This document shows, piece after piece, positions 43,098 through 59,845 of a stretch of 64,000 nt of DNA. Made by a program: the position numbers and the translations under genes. The notes under the pieces were generated by a model. That model had not been told where the DNA came from, did no database searches, and was given only the letters and a program-made list of their open reading frames with translations. Numbering within the stretch: the first letter of the stretch is position 1; each line of letters begins with the position of its first letter. Origin of the DNA: the human T2T-CHM13v2.0 reference genome, Homo sapiens; NCBI GenBank assembly GCA_009914755.4, contig CP068257.2:22784001-22848000 (forward strand), given 5' to 3'.

Positions 43098-45663
43098 CCA
43101 AACTAATAGTATGTCTAGTTAAAAAAAAAAAGAAATCAGAAATAACAAATATTGGTGAGGATGTGAAAAATAAGGATTTTTAATATGTTGCTGGCGGAAA
43201 TGAAAACTGTGGGAATTTTGGAAAACAGTCTCTTGAATGACAAACTAGTCGGTGGGGGCTGAAACTACATTTTATGGACAACGTGTGGAAAAAAAATGCG
43301 ACCATCAAAAAATGTGACTTACATGTAAATTCATGGTGCATTTTGCTAAAAATGATGGTATAAATATTTGAAACATTGTTTATTTTATTGATCTAACAAA
43401 TGTTCATAGACAAATTTTAGAACAAAACGCAATTTGTAAATGAGAACTCTGAGAACTAACAGATTTACTACTTCAAAGAACAATGTTTTCTGTGATTCAG
43501 ATCCATTCCCCAAAAAGTCCAAAGTTGAAAACCAATATAAATGAAAATATATAATTTACTAAACAATAATTTAGCCAAATATTTACATTTATTATAATGA
43601 ATAGAAGGAAAATAAAGTATCATTAGAAAACAATCAGAAATAACTCTATGAGAACTGTCTTGAAACTTTTGTTGTGCAATGGATATAGAAATAGTGTAAC
43701 ATAACCCTCAAAATGAGGATATCAATTTCAGACAGCCCTTCTTCAGAGGCTTCACATATACTTTCTTTGAATTTTGCTTTAATTACCTTAAAATATGCAT
43801 TGGGGAACTTTCCATGTATCACATTCCGGTGTATTTCATTCATTTTTAATGGCTACAAATTATTTCATCTTGTGCATGAATTACCACATATTAAAATAGT
43901 TTCCTACTAATGAATATAAATGTCATTTCCTACTATTTTATTTCAAATGTAACCAATAGTAAATACATTATACCTATAGCCTAACATTTTCTTAAGTCCT
44001 CCTGAAGAGTAAAGTCCTAAGGTTGGAATTTGTGAAAGAAATGTAACATGTGCATAACCTTTTAAATTAACACTTTCACATTTTCCTCCAAAAATTTTTT
44101 AACAATTATGTTATCAGCTATGTCTTTTATTAGTTATTTCATATTCCTGTAAATAGGATAGGATTTATACTTACCCACTGTGTTGTCAATGGGAGAGCTA
44201 GTCTCTCTTGTGGGGTCTTTAAGATAATCACTTCAGTGTAACTGCAGAAATTACACTCCGAGAGGCATATGAAATTGAAGGATTTATTATACTCACAGGT
44301 CCTAGGGAGGGAAGCACGGCAAGTCCAGAGGGCCACACAAAGTCACGGCAAGCAGAGAGAAAATGGAGTAAGGACCCCTGGGCTAGTTCCTTTATTGAGG
44401 CTAATAGCAGGGGTAGTTTGTGGCACATGGGGGGCACTCTATCTGAGTAATTTGAATGTAGCTGGGTCAACATGAAAGGAGGAACTGATAAAATGGGGAA
44501 GTCATCATGAGGCTTGGCACTTGAAGACACATGTTGGAGACGGGTACCCAGAAATGGGCAATACGTCTGTAATAGTTCAAAGCAAGAATGGCAGGTGCTG
44601 GCACTCAGGAAGCCATCGAGGCAACAAATAACAACTTCACATTACACCTACCTCTCCGCCAATATTGCAAAAAGCTTGTAATGCAAACTGTGAACATTGT
44701 TTTCCAAGCTGTTGCTTGAAAAATGTCATTTTTTAAATTTTACTGTTCTATAATTTTGAATGATATCTCTTCTTATTTATTTCTTTTCATGTCTTTTCTG
44801 CAATTTTCTAGTGTTAATCATTTTCAGTTTATCAACTTTTCCAGTCTTGTGTATTTAATGCACAGGACCAATTTTTAAATATTTGATGAATTCAAGTGTG
44901 ACTAATGAATACTAAAATATACTATTGTATTGGCATCATTACTTGGTCTAATAGGCTAGTATTTGAATCTACTGGTGAATTATAACCTCACAATCTAAGA
45001 CTGTGTGGTAAATTTTTGCTGAATCCTATTTATTGTTAAATGAAACTTTTGGACAAACTCTAAGCTCTGTGTTCTTGTAAACCTGTTGTCACGATAAATA
45101 AAAAATATTAATCTCAACATTATTTGCTGATATAACAGCTAGCTTGCATTCTGAGTGAGATAAGAGAATCAGTAAGTAAAAGAATTTGAAAAAACTGTAT
45201 GTGCCATGTGAAGTCATGGATGGATTTAGGGCAAAGAGTAGCAACTAAGACAGAAATAACTGGGCTTCAAGGGATCTCAAATTAAGTCAAAGAGAATATT
45301 AAGAGGCTTTTTGAGAAAGACATCAGATGTTTGTAGTACAAGGGAGGAAGCCAGCAATCTTCGATTTTCCTCCAGTTTTGCTGTTGATTCACTTATTATT
45401 TAAAATCTATTCCTCTTAACATTCTGTCTTCAGGTTCCTCTGACCAGGAAAAGAGAAGGAAGTGTGGTTTGGGGGCCTAGAAAATCAACCTTTGTTCTCC
45501 CCTTTACCTATCAAGGTGACTTATAGAAGCTTAGGACAATGTAAAATGAGTTTAAATCCAAATTATTCAACTATATAATATTAAAATCAGAGATTTTGAT
45601 TTTAACCATCTGTAATTTGTTAGATCCAATGACAGTTTAGCTATCTCTAAAAATTGGATATTT

Positions 45664-46360
45664 TTTAACTTTCATTTTAAGTTTAGAGGGTTACATGTGC
45701 AGATTGATTACTTGGATAAATTGTCTGTCCCTGGAGGTTGATGTACAAATGATCCCATCACCCAGGTAGAGAGCATAGTACGTGATAGGTAGTTTTTCTA
45801 CCTTCCCACTTCTCCAACCCTCCTCCTTCAAGTAGACCCCATGTCTATTGTTCCTATCTTCATATCCATGTGTACTCGGTGTTTAGCTCCAACTTACAAG
45901 TGAGAACAAACAGTATTTGGTTTTCTGTTTGTGTATTCATTTGCTTAGGATAGTGGCCTCCAGCTCTATTCATGTTGCTGCAAAAGACATGATTTCTTTT
46001 CTTTTAAATGGATGCATAGTATTCCATGGTGAATATGTACCATATTTTCTTCATCTGGTCCACCATTGATGGGCATCTAGGTTGATTCCAGTCTTTGTTG
46101 TTGCAAATAGTGCTGCTATGAACATAGAAGTGCATGTATCTTTTTGGTGGAATAACTTATATTCCTTTGGGTAGATACTTAGTAATGAGTTTGCTGGGTC
46201 AATTCTGTTTTAAGTTCTTTGAGAAATCTCCAAACTACTTTCCAAAGTTGCTGAACTAATATACATTCCCGTCAGTTAACAACTGTTTTTTTTGTTTTTT
46301 ACTTTTTAATAATAGCCATTCTGATTGGTGTGAGATGGATTTAAAAATCAGCTTGTTAAG
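45664..46360 (-). mobile_element. L1 LINE 3' end fragment, minus orientation, moderately old
   Basis: tttaagtttagagggttacatgtgcagattgattacttggataaattgtctgtccctggagg ... cttaggatagtggcctccagctctattcatgttgctgcaaaagacatgatttc ... tggatgcatagtattccatggtgaatatgtaccatattttcttcatc ... gatgggcatctaggttgattccagtctttgttgttgcaaatagtgctgctatgaacat ... taatagccattctgattggtgtgagatgg. This is the reverse complement of the L1 ORF2 C-terminus and 3'UTR. Confidence 0.8.
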
Positions 46361-48968
46361 CAATCATGCATAACACATTAAAGGAACATTTTATCTTTTA
46401 AATTCAAATGTGAAATTCTTATTTTATTCAATATCTGGATTAACCAGAAAATCTAAACATCAACTAATGTCAGCTTTCACAATAACATTTCTGTCATGAT
46501 ATTTTGGGAAATGTTTGGTTTCATTTGTTTCAGGCAAATGATGATTTTATAAGGTAGTTATATGAGGTAGCTATACTAAATGATAACTCACAGAAATCAC
46601 CCTGAAGGTTAACACTTCCAATTATATCACTGCCTTTGAATATGTCATTTAATAACTGCTTTATGCATTATTAGTATTTATGCTTTTAGGTGGCATCAAA
46701 TTCTATTGATATAATGACAGATGATTAAGAAAATGAATGTAAATATTGCATGTGTCAGGTGTAATTATTTCAAATATATATATATTTTTATAAAATGCAA
46801 ACATTAAATTTCATCTTAAAGAAGTTTATTTGCTTTGGATATTTATATAAAATACTCCTTTAAAAGGAATGGAATAAATATTTTCAAATACGTGTGTTGC
46901 TCCAGGATTGTTTCTAGATAACCTGCTGTAACCTAATGTAAGTAGCTGAAGAATGCTTAATTTCTAAGTTTCAGAACTTACAATAAGTTTCAAGACTAAA
47001 TATTTTTGCAGCACTGAAATGAAAGAACAAAAATTAAATGTGCACCCTCTAACTATAGGAAGTGATATCTTATAATGATGTTGTACTTTTTTAGTTATAT
47101 ATTTTTAATAAATGACTGTTCTTCATTAACTTGGAAACATAGTTTATGACATTACAGAAGGCTGAAAACAGTGACTCTCTTTGCAAAGTATGAAGGATAG
47201 TGCTAACTGTATAATCAACAGATGAATTAATAATAAGTCTAATGATGCATTTCTATCGTTAAATAGAAATTAACTGCTTATAATTGACAATGCTTTTGAA
47301 AAATGCTATGTTGCGTACTTTGTTTTTACCTGATTTTAGAATCTAAACTTGTAATAAAAACAAAAACTATAAAGATTCAGGGTCCTGGAGCTAAGTCTCC
47401 ACCATATTTTCAGTCTTTTTCTAAATGAGTTAGCTATTTATCCAGTCAGGCTTGTTCTTAAGCCTGCCTTGGCTAAACCACACAGGGTTGGACTAATACC
47501 TGGCAAGGTGTAAAGGTTTGGATTATGCCAAATGTGGATACAGAGATACCAGGTCTTAAGTTTACAGGCAAATTGGGCCTTCCATAGACCACTGTCTAGA
47601 AAAACACACCACGCAACCTCCCTCCACACTTAAAACGTACTTTACTTAATTTAACGTACTTCACCACCTCATCAGTCTGAGTGGCCCCTTGGAATTTAAA
47701 GATGTGCCACCTGTTATCCAGACTTTGCATTTACTTAGGTTATTTGCATTTCTGATCACTCTGTTCAATTTATTTTAAAATTATCTTTCTCTTGAGCAGA
47801 ATAGGTACTCATGCCCTTGCTAACCCTGGCTGTACATTCTTAATGTAGGACTTCAAGGAATATTTTTTTCAGTGCATATGCATGTGTGTATTTGGATATA
47901 ATCATACGTATGCATGAACAGTTTATTTAAAATACGAATATACTATAGAAACGACCTTTAACATATAAGTATGTATGTGTGTGCATATGGATGTGTATGT
48001 TTCTTATATAAATTGTTAGAGGTGTGCTTTATTGTTGATTTCGCACTTTCATAACTAATAAAGAATAAATGCTTTAAAATGCATGCAAGAAAAATGATAT
48101 GAATATGCACCATTTCATAGCTTAGAACAATATTAAGAAACATTACATTTGGATGCTAATATATATTGTTTAATCAAACTAGTTCGCGCCGTAATCTCTT
48201 TCATCTTACTTAAATGGCTCCATTTACCTTAAATAAGGAATGAAGAAGCCTGCTATTTATGCAGACTGTTCAATCTATGAAGTATTGGGAAAAAATTATT
48301 CTCAATAGTCAAAATAAGATCACAAAATGAGATGCACTATATGCCTTATTTTTTATAATGATCTTAAATGGAACAGATGGCAGTTTATTTCTACTGAATT
48401 ATGTTTGACACATAAAACCATTTAATTTTTATACCAATCGTCTTCTTTAAGGTAGAAAATGTTAAATTATTGATATAATTTTTCTAGTTTTATTTCTTTC
48501 CATTGTCCCTTTACAATTATCATAAATTCGACATTTGAAATATAAAGCATTATATTTTGTAACAAGAAAAGTCTGTTATGCTCAAGTATTTTCTATTAAA
48601 TTTTTATATGCAAAACTCAATTACATTAGCCATTATTTTACTTAGAATAAACATTAGAACATGTTGGATTCCTTCCGCTAATCACAGTGACTGATAATAG
48701 AAGATTGCCCATGTTAATTTACTTATACAAACATTAGACTGAGAATATACTCTATAAAATGTCTTTTTTAAAATATGTAATCCACTTTCCCAAAGCTATA
48801 CTTTATATTACTTATGCATACAGTCTACTATTACTTTACATATTTAAAAACACAATTGCCAAGAAAAAGCACTGTCAAACATAATCAATATGTCAATTTA
48901 AATGCATTGAAGTGTTGAGTAAGTTGAGTTAAAGTATTCTGAAAGAAGGATCCAAGCAGGGTCAGTGA

Positions 48969-51072
<2,104 letters not shown>

Positions 51073-53368
51073 AAAAAAAAGAAAATATGCAAAATGAGAG
51101 TCACTCTTCTTATCCTCGGACCTTGTTTTTGTTATACTCATCAGATCAAAGTTGGTTACATCTTTAAAATTAGGAGGAACTCCAGGTCTTTACTACCTTG
51201 ACTGAGGAATGGAATATTCTCTTTCTGATTTCATGAAAATATATTCAACATTCATTTGCTTTAGATTACATCCATTACTACCATCTCTATTTCAGCCTCT
51301 TTCGCCACCTTCACTGGTATTACTGCAAAAGCCTCCTAAGTTTCTCCATGTCTTCATGTGCTCTCTGATACAGAAAGATCCTTTCAAAGTGAAGATATGA
51401 TCATGTCAATACCCAGCTCATCATCCAAAAGTAGTCCTGCATTTTACTCAGAGATAAGACAAAGTCGTTACACAGTTTCACTCTGTGATTTGTCCTCCGC
51501 TCACTTTCTCAGTGAGCTCATCTCTGTATTGCTTTTCCCTTCACACCACACTACAGCCACATGAGTCCTTTCCAGATATCAGTGAACCAAGCACCATCTG
51601 GCATTGCAGCATTTGCACTGGTTCTTCCCAGTACTCACTCACATCTCCTTGAAATCTGCTCAAATGTCACCTTCACAATGAGGTCTCTTTCTTGGATGTC
51701 CAATGATAATCATTAAGTTTCTCTTTCTAATTGGCCATCCCATTTCCTTGAGCCATCTCCATGTTTTCATTGTATGAATAACATTTAATACCTGATATAT
51801 TAGATAACATACTTCTCATATTTATTGTTTATTTTGTGCTGCTATAATTTAAGCACTATCATTGAAAAGACCCTTCTCTTTCTTATTTGTTGATGTTTTA
51901 ATCTCCTAAGGGCATCAGATAATTTCTGGAACATACGAGGTATATATCTCAAAATTATTTTATATGGAAGAAATATTATAGAAAATGCTCTAAAATATGT
52001 TTTAAGAAAATATATTCTCATTTTGCTTTTTTAAAAACTAGAATACAGAAATAAAATTGTTTTCAAATAGAGGCAATTTAATGTAGAGTAATCTTACAAA
52101 TCAGTTGGTTAAAAGAGAAACAGGGAATTGTTTAAATGAAAAGAAATGGAGGAACAAAAGGAAAAATTTTTAATCTCAGAAATTTGAAGCAGCTAAAGCC
52201 CCCAGTTTGGAAGTCATAAGCCTACGCCAGCTGCTGCATTTTGTATAGAGATGAAGAAGAGGTACTTTTTCAACCAAAGCTAGAACTGTCAAAATAATGT
52301 TACATTTGCTGGGCTGCTGGATTCCAGAATCACCTAACTGCTACTGCTTCTTCAACCTTCAGCAACTACCAGTAACCGCCTTGTTGTTCAAGCCAGAATT
52401 ACAAAGTAATTATTAAGTAATTACAAAGATATTATCTTCTGTATGCCTACCTACATCCTACTGACAGAATAAAACAAAAATTATATGTATTATAAAAAGA
52501 GCCTGAAAAGTGTAATCTGCAAATGTTGTGATTGAACAGAGAAAGGTTAGTATGGAAGTGAGAGAAAATGGAAAATAGCCAACCCAATCAGTACCTACTA
52601 ACAATTAAAACCAGATTTTTCTTTTGGCATATATCAAGCCAATGAATTACAGGAAATTTTGAATGATAGTTATATTTTTTCTTATTTTATTATATAAATA
52701 AAATATTTTTAATGCGTAACATTTAAAAACATGGACTATTTTTGCCATGTAAAATCATCATCATTTAACTGATGCAAAACAACAAATTTCACTTGAGTTT
52801 TCTTAGTTGAAAATGTGGTAGCTTTTAATTAAGCTCTTCATTACTATTTTTCTGTTTTGTAATCTTCAGTTAACATTAAATAACATGCTCTAAGCCATCA
52901 GCATTTATGATTGTTTAAAGAATTTAAATTATCTGCCATAGCTAAGATATGGAACTAACATAAATACCCACCCATGAAAAAAATAGATTTAAAAATGCAG
53001 TATATACATATGATGGAATATTATTCAGCCTCAAAAAAAAAGAAAATCCTGCCATATGGGACAACATGATGAACCTGGAGGACATTATGTAGGTGAAATA
53101 AGTCAGTCACAGGACAAATATTACATGATACTACTTATCAAAGTATCTAAAATAGTTAAGCTCATAAAAGCAGAAAGAGGAATGGTGGCTGCCAGGAATT
53201 GGGGAGAGGGGAAAATGGGAAGCTGTTTAATGAGTATAAAGTTTCAGTTATGTGAGATGAATAAGTTCCTGAGATCTGCCCTGCAACATAGTGTCTACAG
53301 TTAACAACGCTATACTGTGTATTTAAAAATTTATTATGAGGGTAAATCTCATATTAAGTGCTTTTACC

Positions 53369-53500
53369 ACAAAACACAAACACACACATGCACATATGCA
53401 CATGCACACACAGATGCAAACACACACATGCACACACACACATGCACACAAACACACACATGTACACACACACACATGCACACACACATGAAGCATGCAA
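53369..53500. repeat. Imperfect (CACACATG)n / (CA)n-rich purine-pyrimidine alternating tract
   Basis: cacaaacacacacatgcacatatgcacatgcacacacagatgcaaacacacacatgcacacacacacatgcacacaaacacacacatgtacacacacacacatgcacacacacatg. It produces the His/Thr-rich pseudo-ORFs at 53317-53610. Confidence 0.9.
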
Positions 53501-53784
53501 TTTTGGAGGTGCTGAATATGTTATGTTTTGGATATGCCTATTATCTTGATTTTAATGATAGTTTCATGGGTATATGTATATGTCAAAACTCACCAAATAG
53601 TATATATTAAGTGTGTGGAGTTTTTTGTTTATCAATCATACAACACTTTTAGCTTCACCAATCACATTTCCTGAGATGTGTAAAAACAAAAGCCTATTTC
53701 CCCCCCCACCCCAAAAACAGAGTAATTTTCACATGGAAACAATAGCATAAGCATGCACTACATTAACAGATTTTTGCATGCTGA

Positions 53785-53998
53785 TTTTTTTTTTTTTTTT
53801 AGATGGAGTCTCGCTCTGTTGCCTAGGCTGGAGTATACTGGCATGATCTCGCCTCACTGCAAGCTCTGCCTCCCAGGTTCACGTCATTCTCCTGCCTCAG
53901 CCTCCTGAGTAGCTGGGACTACAGGAGCGTGTCACCACGCCCGGCTAATTTTTTTTTGTAGTTTTAGTGGAGACTGGGTTTCACCATGTTAACCAGGA
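53785..53998 (-). mobile_element. 5'-truncated young Alu (AluY-like), minus orientation, with a perfect 17-bp target-site duplication
   Basis: A poly-T run at 53785-53800 is followed by agatggagtctcgctctgttgcctaggctggagtatactggcatgatctcgcctcactgcaagctctgcctcccaggttcacgtcattctcctgcctcagcctcctgagtagctgggactacaggagcgtgtcaccacgcccggctaatttttttttgtagttttagtggagactgggtttcaccatgttaaccagg. The Alu stops at about consensus position 110. The direct repeats agatttttgcatgctga at 53768-53784 and 53999-54015 are identical. Confidence 0.95.
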
Positions 53999-55822
53999 AG
54001 ATTTTTGCATGCTGAATATTTATAAACTTTATTGTATGCAGTTTTCTTGCCAATCCTCTATTCCTCCCTACACAAATCAAAAATGTCCAATATATTTTAC
54101 ATAAAAGAAATCTAAAATCAAAACTGAGAGATAAAGATCTAGTGAAGAAATCTGTCACCTTAAAAATAAACATGATTATTGGTGGCAATAGTAATTCAGA
54201 ATCACTTGCAAAGTTAAAATTCGGAGCTAAACCGTGTACATTTTGTAAGCAAATATAACAGTAAACTCTTTAATTTGAACATTGAACTAGAAATCTATCT
54301 CCCAAAAAATTACAATTTTGTGAAACAGGAACCAAAACTATATACTAAGATAACAGTAATTCATCAGGTACTTTTTTGGATATTATTTACTATACACATT
54401 TTTGTTCTACCTTACAAAAGTTAATAATCTTTCATTAACATTAAATAGAATTAATCAATTCAACAATGGTGTAATATTTAATTTTAATTTTGTAGGTCAT
54501 TGATCTGATTTCATTTGTAATCAGTTTTAGCATAAGTCTGCATTAAGAGACCAGAGGAGAAAAAAAAATGAAGGAAAAATAAAATCTAAAAGTGCAGAAA
54601 AATAATATCTTAGTAAGAAAAGAACATTTTCCTGCCACTGTTTGAAACAAGGCCATGTAATAGGCTTTAACCAGAGTTACCCTAAACCCTGCCTGCCCCT
54701 CCTTCCCCGGCCATTTATCAGCTCAATCAAAATTCTTGTGGCAATGTAGCATCAACTAACCCCATCAATACAACCATATCTTTGGTCATCGTCGTATTTG
54801 CTTCCCCTCTGGGTAGCCATCCTCTGTACTCCACCCCCGATTGTTCATTAGTTTTCTCTTCCTACCAGCTTGATACCTATTTCTCTTGCTGAAACACTTG
54901 TTTGTTTTTACTTTGTTTGTTTAAAGATCAACAAAACTTAAACATTTTTAAAGGCTTTTAAATAACTAAAAACTAACTGTATTTCCATTGTATCATCTCT
55001 CTTGCATCCTATACTATGTCCATTATCTTTTAAGTTACATTACTACCTTGCTAACCTCCAGAAAATATGCTTACTCTAGAAAATCTTGGCTTTACCATGT
55101 TTCACCTGTTTCTCCTCTGGTTTTCAACCAACATTTTAATGCCCCATTTATTATACTTAGTGCCCAACCGAATGGAGGCTTTTGTTTGTTTTTGTTTTTG
55201 TTTTCTTTCTATTCCAAATTATCTCCAGCATCCTAATTAGTCTGATTCTTCATGTTGATATTCCAACTGTTTAGTATTACTGAAAGTATGATTTCCGTCA
55301 AAAAACTATAATTGGTCCACTATGAGATAAGCACAGAAATTGAAAGTAAGACATTAGAAACCTTAAAACCACAGGATCCCTGCATATAATAATTTGCCAA
55401 ATTCATTGGTTTATTTTTAGATAAAAACACTGCTGTGAAAAAAATTTGAACTTAAGGAAAAATCTCCTCTTCCTCTTTCTAGAGAAACACTGCTCTAGAC
55501 GAGTTCTTTACCTCACATTTTCAGATACTTTAATTCACCTCTACTTCAAACTGAAGTTTCTCCATACCTCATGAATTTACTAGTAGTTTTAACCTTCGGC
55601 ATGTGCAATATTACATTGAGATATCCTATTATTTGACCATAATCTTCTACATTTTTTAATAATTATATAACTATACCTGTATTTTATGTAAAGATATCTA
55701 TTCCCCGAACCTTTATTTTTTTTCATAAGGACTTTTTCCGGTTTGACCTGAACCTTTTTATTTAAACTAAGTGGCCACCCTTACTTCCTCAATTGTTTGA
55801 GATTTTCCTTTTTTAATCCCAA

Positions 55823-55826
<4 letters not shown>

Positions 55827-55853
<27 letters not shown>
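55827..55853. repeat. poly(T) run of about 27 nt
   Basis: A homopolymer T27 that is not attached to a recognisable Alu body. Confidence 0.9.
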
Positions 55854-56002
55854 GGAGATCTTCTCTACTTCCTCGTCTCCTTGGAAATTTTTTTCTTACA
55901 GTGAATCTACAAGTGAAAAGTTGGACAGTATTGAGAGAATAAGAAAATTTACTAAATGATGCTGTTCACAATTTTATGGTTTCTAATCTGACTAGACGCT
56001 GA

Positions 56003-56320
<318 letters not shown>

Positions 56321-56595
56321 CTATTTCTCCCTTTTCTATCATTGCTCTCCTTACTCTTCTTAAACTTGCTGCCCTTCTTCCATCTAAGTCAAAGTTTATA
56401 TTGTCACTTTGACTTTACAAACAAAATATAGAAAATTCATCTTATCTTTGAAAAATGGACTGCTAACGTAGCTGGATTAACAAATACTCTTTCCTTTTAT
56501 CCCTTATTTGCAATGGATATGTTGGTACAAATTATTTCTAAGCCCAATACTTATATTCCTGTTCTTAATTTTATCTACTTATCTCCAGAAATTCA

Positions 56596-57118
<523 letters not shown>

Positions 57119-58040
57119 TTAATGTATGAGAAAATGTATGATGCTAAATAGTTCTATCTTACTAAGATTTACCTACTTTGTCTATATATATAGATAAGTA
57201 GATGAATGTTATCGATAAAATTACATAGAAACTTGTATGCATCTAATAAATTCGTATGTATCTAATAATCTAGGTTAAAATAGATAAAGAAAAACTGATA
57301 CAATTTTAAAAAAGGAAAATTCACTATCATTTTAAGAGATATAGTATAAATTGCTTCTGTTCAAAACTGGTAAATCAACCAGACTCTATAATAAGAATGT
57401 AGAAGACTAGCTAGGTGATTAAACAGAAATAAATGGAATACCATATTCAACAATACTTTATAGTGATTTTGTTGCTAATTACTTTTATTTAAAAAGTTTA
57501 TGGAAACTGCCTAAAAAGTGATCAGAAATTGAATCTCAAATTTTAAACATTGATGTAATGTAGGTCATATATTCTAAAACTCCAATAAAATTAAGTTAGA
57601 TGTTAGTTTAAACAGTGAGAAAAAAAACCCTTACATGTAGAAATTATGAAAAAAACCCCGACACTTCTAAACATCTTATGGGCCAAAGTTATTGTAACAA
57701 TAATCAGAAAACACATAAAACTGAATAAAATATAAATATTACATATCAAAACTAACGAACACCTAAATAAAACATTATTTAACTTTAATTGATTATATTC
57801 TAAAAAGGAAAGACTGAAAGTGAACGAGCCAATAACCAAACTTAAGACTCAAGAACTTGAAAAATTAACATAATACAGAATACAAACAAAACTGTACATT
57901 ATCATCAGAAATTATTTATATATAATAAATCTGAAATAGAAGAAAAAGCAAAAGATAATTTTTGAAGAGATAAAACTGACAAATCTTTAGTGAGACTAAT
58001 ACGGGAAAAAAACACATAAATACACATTGTTAAGAATACA

Positions 58041-58338
58041 GGCTTGGTGTGGTTGCTCACACCTATACTCCCAGCATTTTGGGAAGCCAAGGCGGGAGGA
58101 TCACTTGAAGCATGGAGTTCCAGACTAGCCTCTGAAACATAGAGAGACCCTGTCTCTACAATAATAATTATAAAAAATTAGCTAGGCATGGTGGCACATG
58201 CCTATAGTCCCAGCTACTCAGGAGGCTTATATGAGCCCAGAGTTCAAGGCTGCAACTAGCCATGATTGTGGCATTGCACTGCAGACTGCGTGACAGAGCA
58301 AGAGTCCATCTCTACAAAAAAATAATAATAATAATAAC
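58041..58338 (+). mobile_element. Older Alu (AluJ/S-like, diverged), full length
   Basis: ggcttggtgtggttgctcacacctatactcccagcattttgggaagccaaggcgggaggatcacttgaagcatggagttccagactagcctctgaaacatagagagaccctgtctctac ... ttagctaggcatggtggcacatgcctatagtcccagctactcaggagg ... gcattgcactgcagactgcgtgacagagcaagagtccatctctacaaaaaaataataataataataa. Confidence 0.9.
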
Positions 58339-59513
58339 ATAAATGCAGGAAGAAAGTGCAGAGACTAGAAACATGAGTATCAAAGTTGGACACATAAAAA
58401 TATGTATACATTTAATTATATAAATATAAAAATTACAATATATATCATACAACACATCTCTATTTGCATCTCTATCTCTATGTCCTTATATTTATAGCTA
58501 AAATATAATTACACATACCTATAGTTTATTCTTATTATTTACAGTATTTCTGTTTTATAAGTCCCCACAGACACTGAATTAGCCAATAGTGAACTCAGAC
58601 AAAAATACAGTTAGATTTGTGACCCTTTGTTCACATTATTTTGTTAATCCATCAACACGCACCTTTGTTTTATATGTCTCCATTTAAAGACAACTTATTT
58701 AATGTATTTTGTTGATTCATTAACATTGAACTCATAGCCAACAGCACTGCAACTCATGCCTAGACACAGCTTATCTAACACACATAATTTTACCTTAAGT
58801 CTCATTACCACCTTTTGCACTTAGGAACATTACATAGCACTTTAAGCACTACATTTGGGGGCCATTTTAAACAGTGAAATTTTCAACAAAAAGCACAAGA
58901 ATGTGAAAAACACAGCTCTAAATAAAGCACAGAAAGGACCTTTGCTTGCAGTAAGTGAGCTGAAACAGAAAGGCAAAGTGTCACTGTGTTTGATCTCACT
59001 TGGGAATGTATGCATTGTGCAACTTGTATTTTTGGCTCTCTGCAGATATCCATGAATGACCATGAAAGTACAGCAAGTGATTTTCAAGCTGCAAACAAAT
59101 TTTAGCAAGTAAGTGCATTTGCCAATAAGCAATACATGAATATGAGAATCAAAAGCATATATACCATAATATGCCATAAGTTTATACACCATAAAATATA
59201 TCTACATATTTATATCTATATCTATATCAATCTATATGTATATCATAAAAACAACAATTATCAACAATGCAATGAATTTAAGAATACATTGGAAATGGGA
59301 ATAGAATAGATGAATTCATAGAATAGTCCTATTGATAAACAACTCTAATATAGTACAAATTATTCTACCGTATGAAAAAAAGAATACTAGTTCAATCATT
59401 TTCTGAAGCTAGAGTAACTTAAATACAAAAATGTGACAAGGATAGTCTTAGAATGTAGAACACACTTATAAACATAGATTTTTGTGCAGTATTAAATAGA
59501 AAATAGTTGGTCA

Positions 59514-59845
<332 letters not shown>

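Noticed and set aside
53317-53610. His/Thr/Cys-rich ORFs (MHTHTCTQTHTCTHTHMHTHM...) as a metal-binding peptide
   Set aside because: They are the in-frame translation of an imperfect (CACACATG)n microsatellite, which is a low-complexity artefact.
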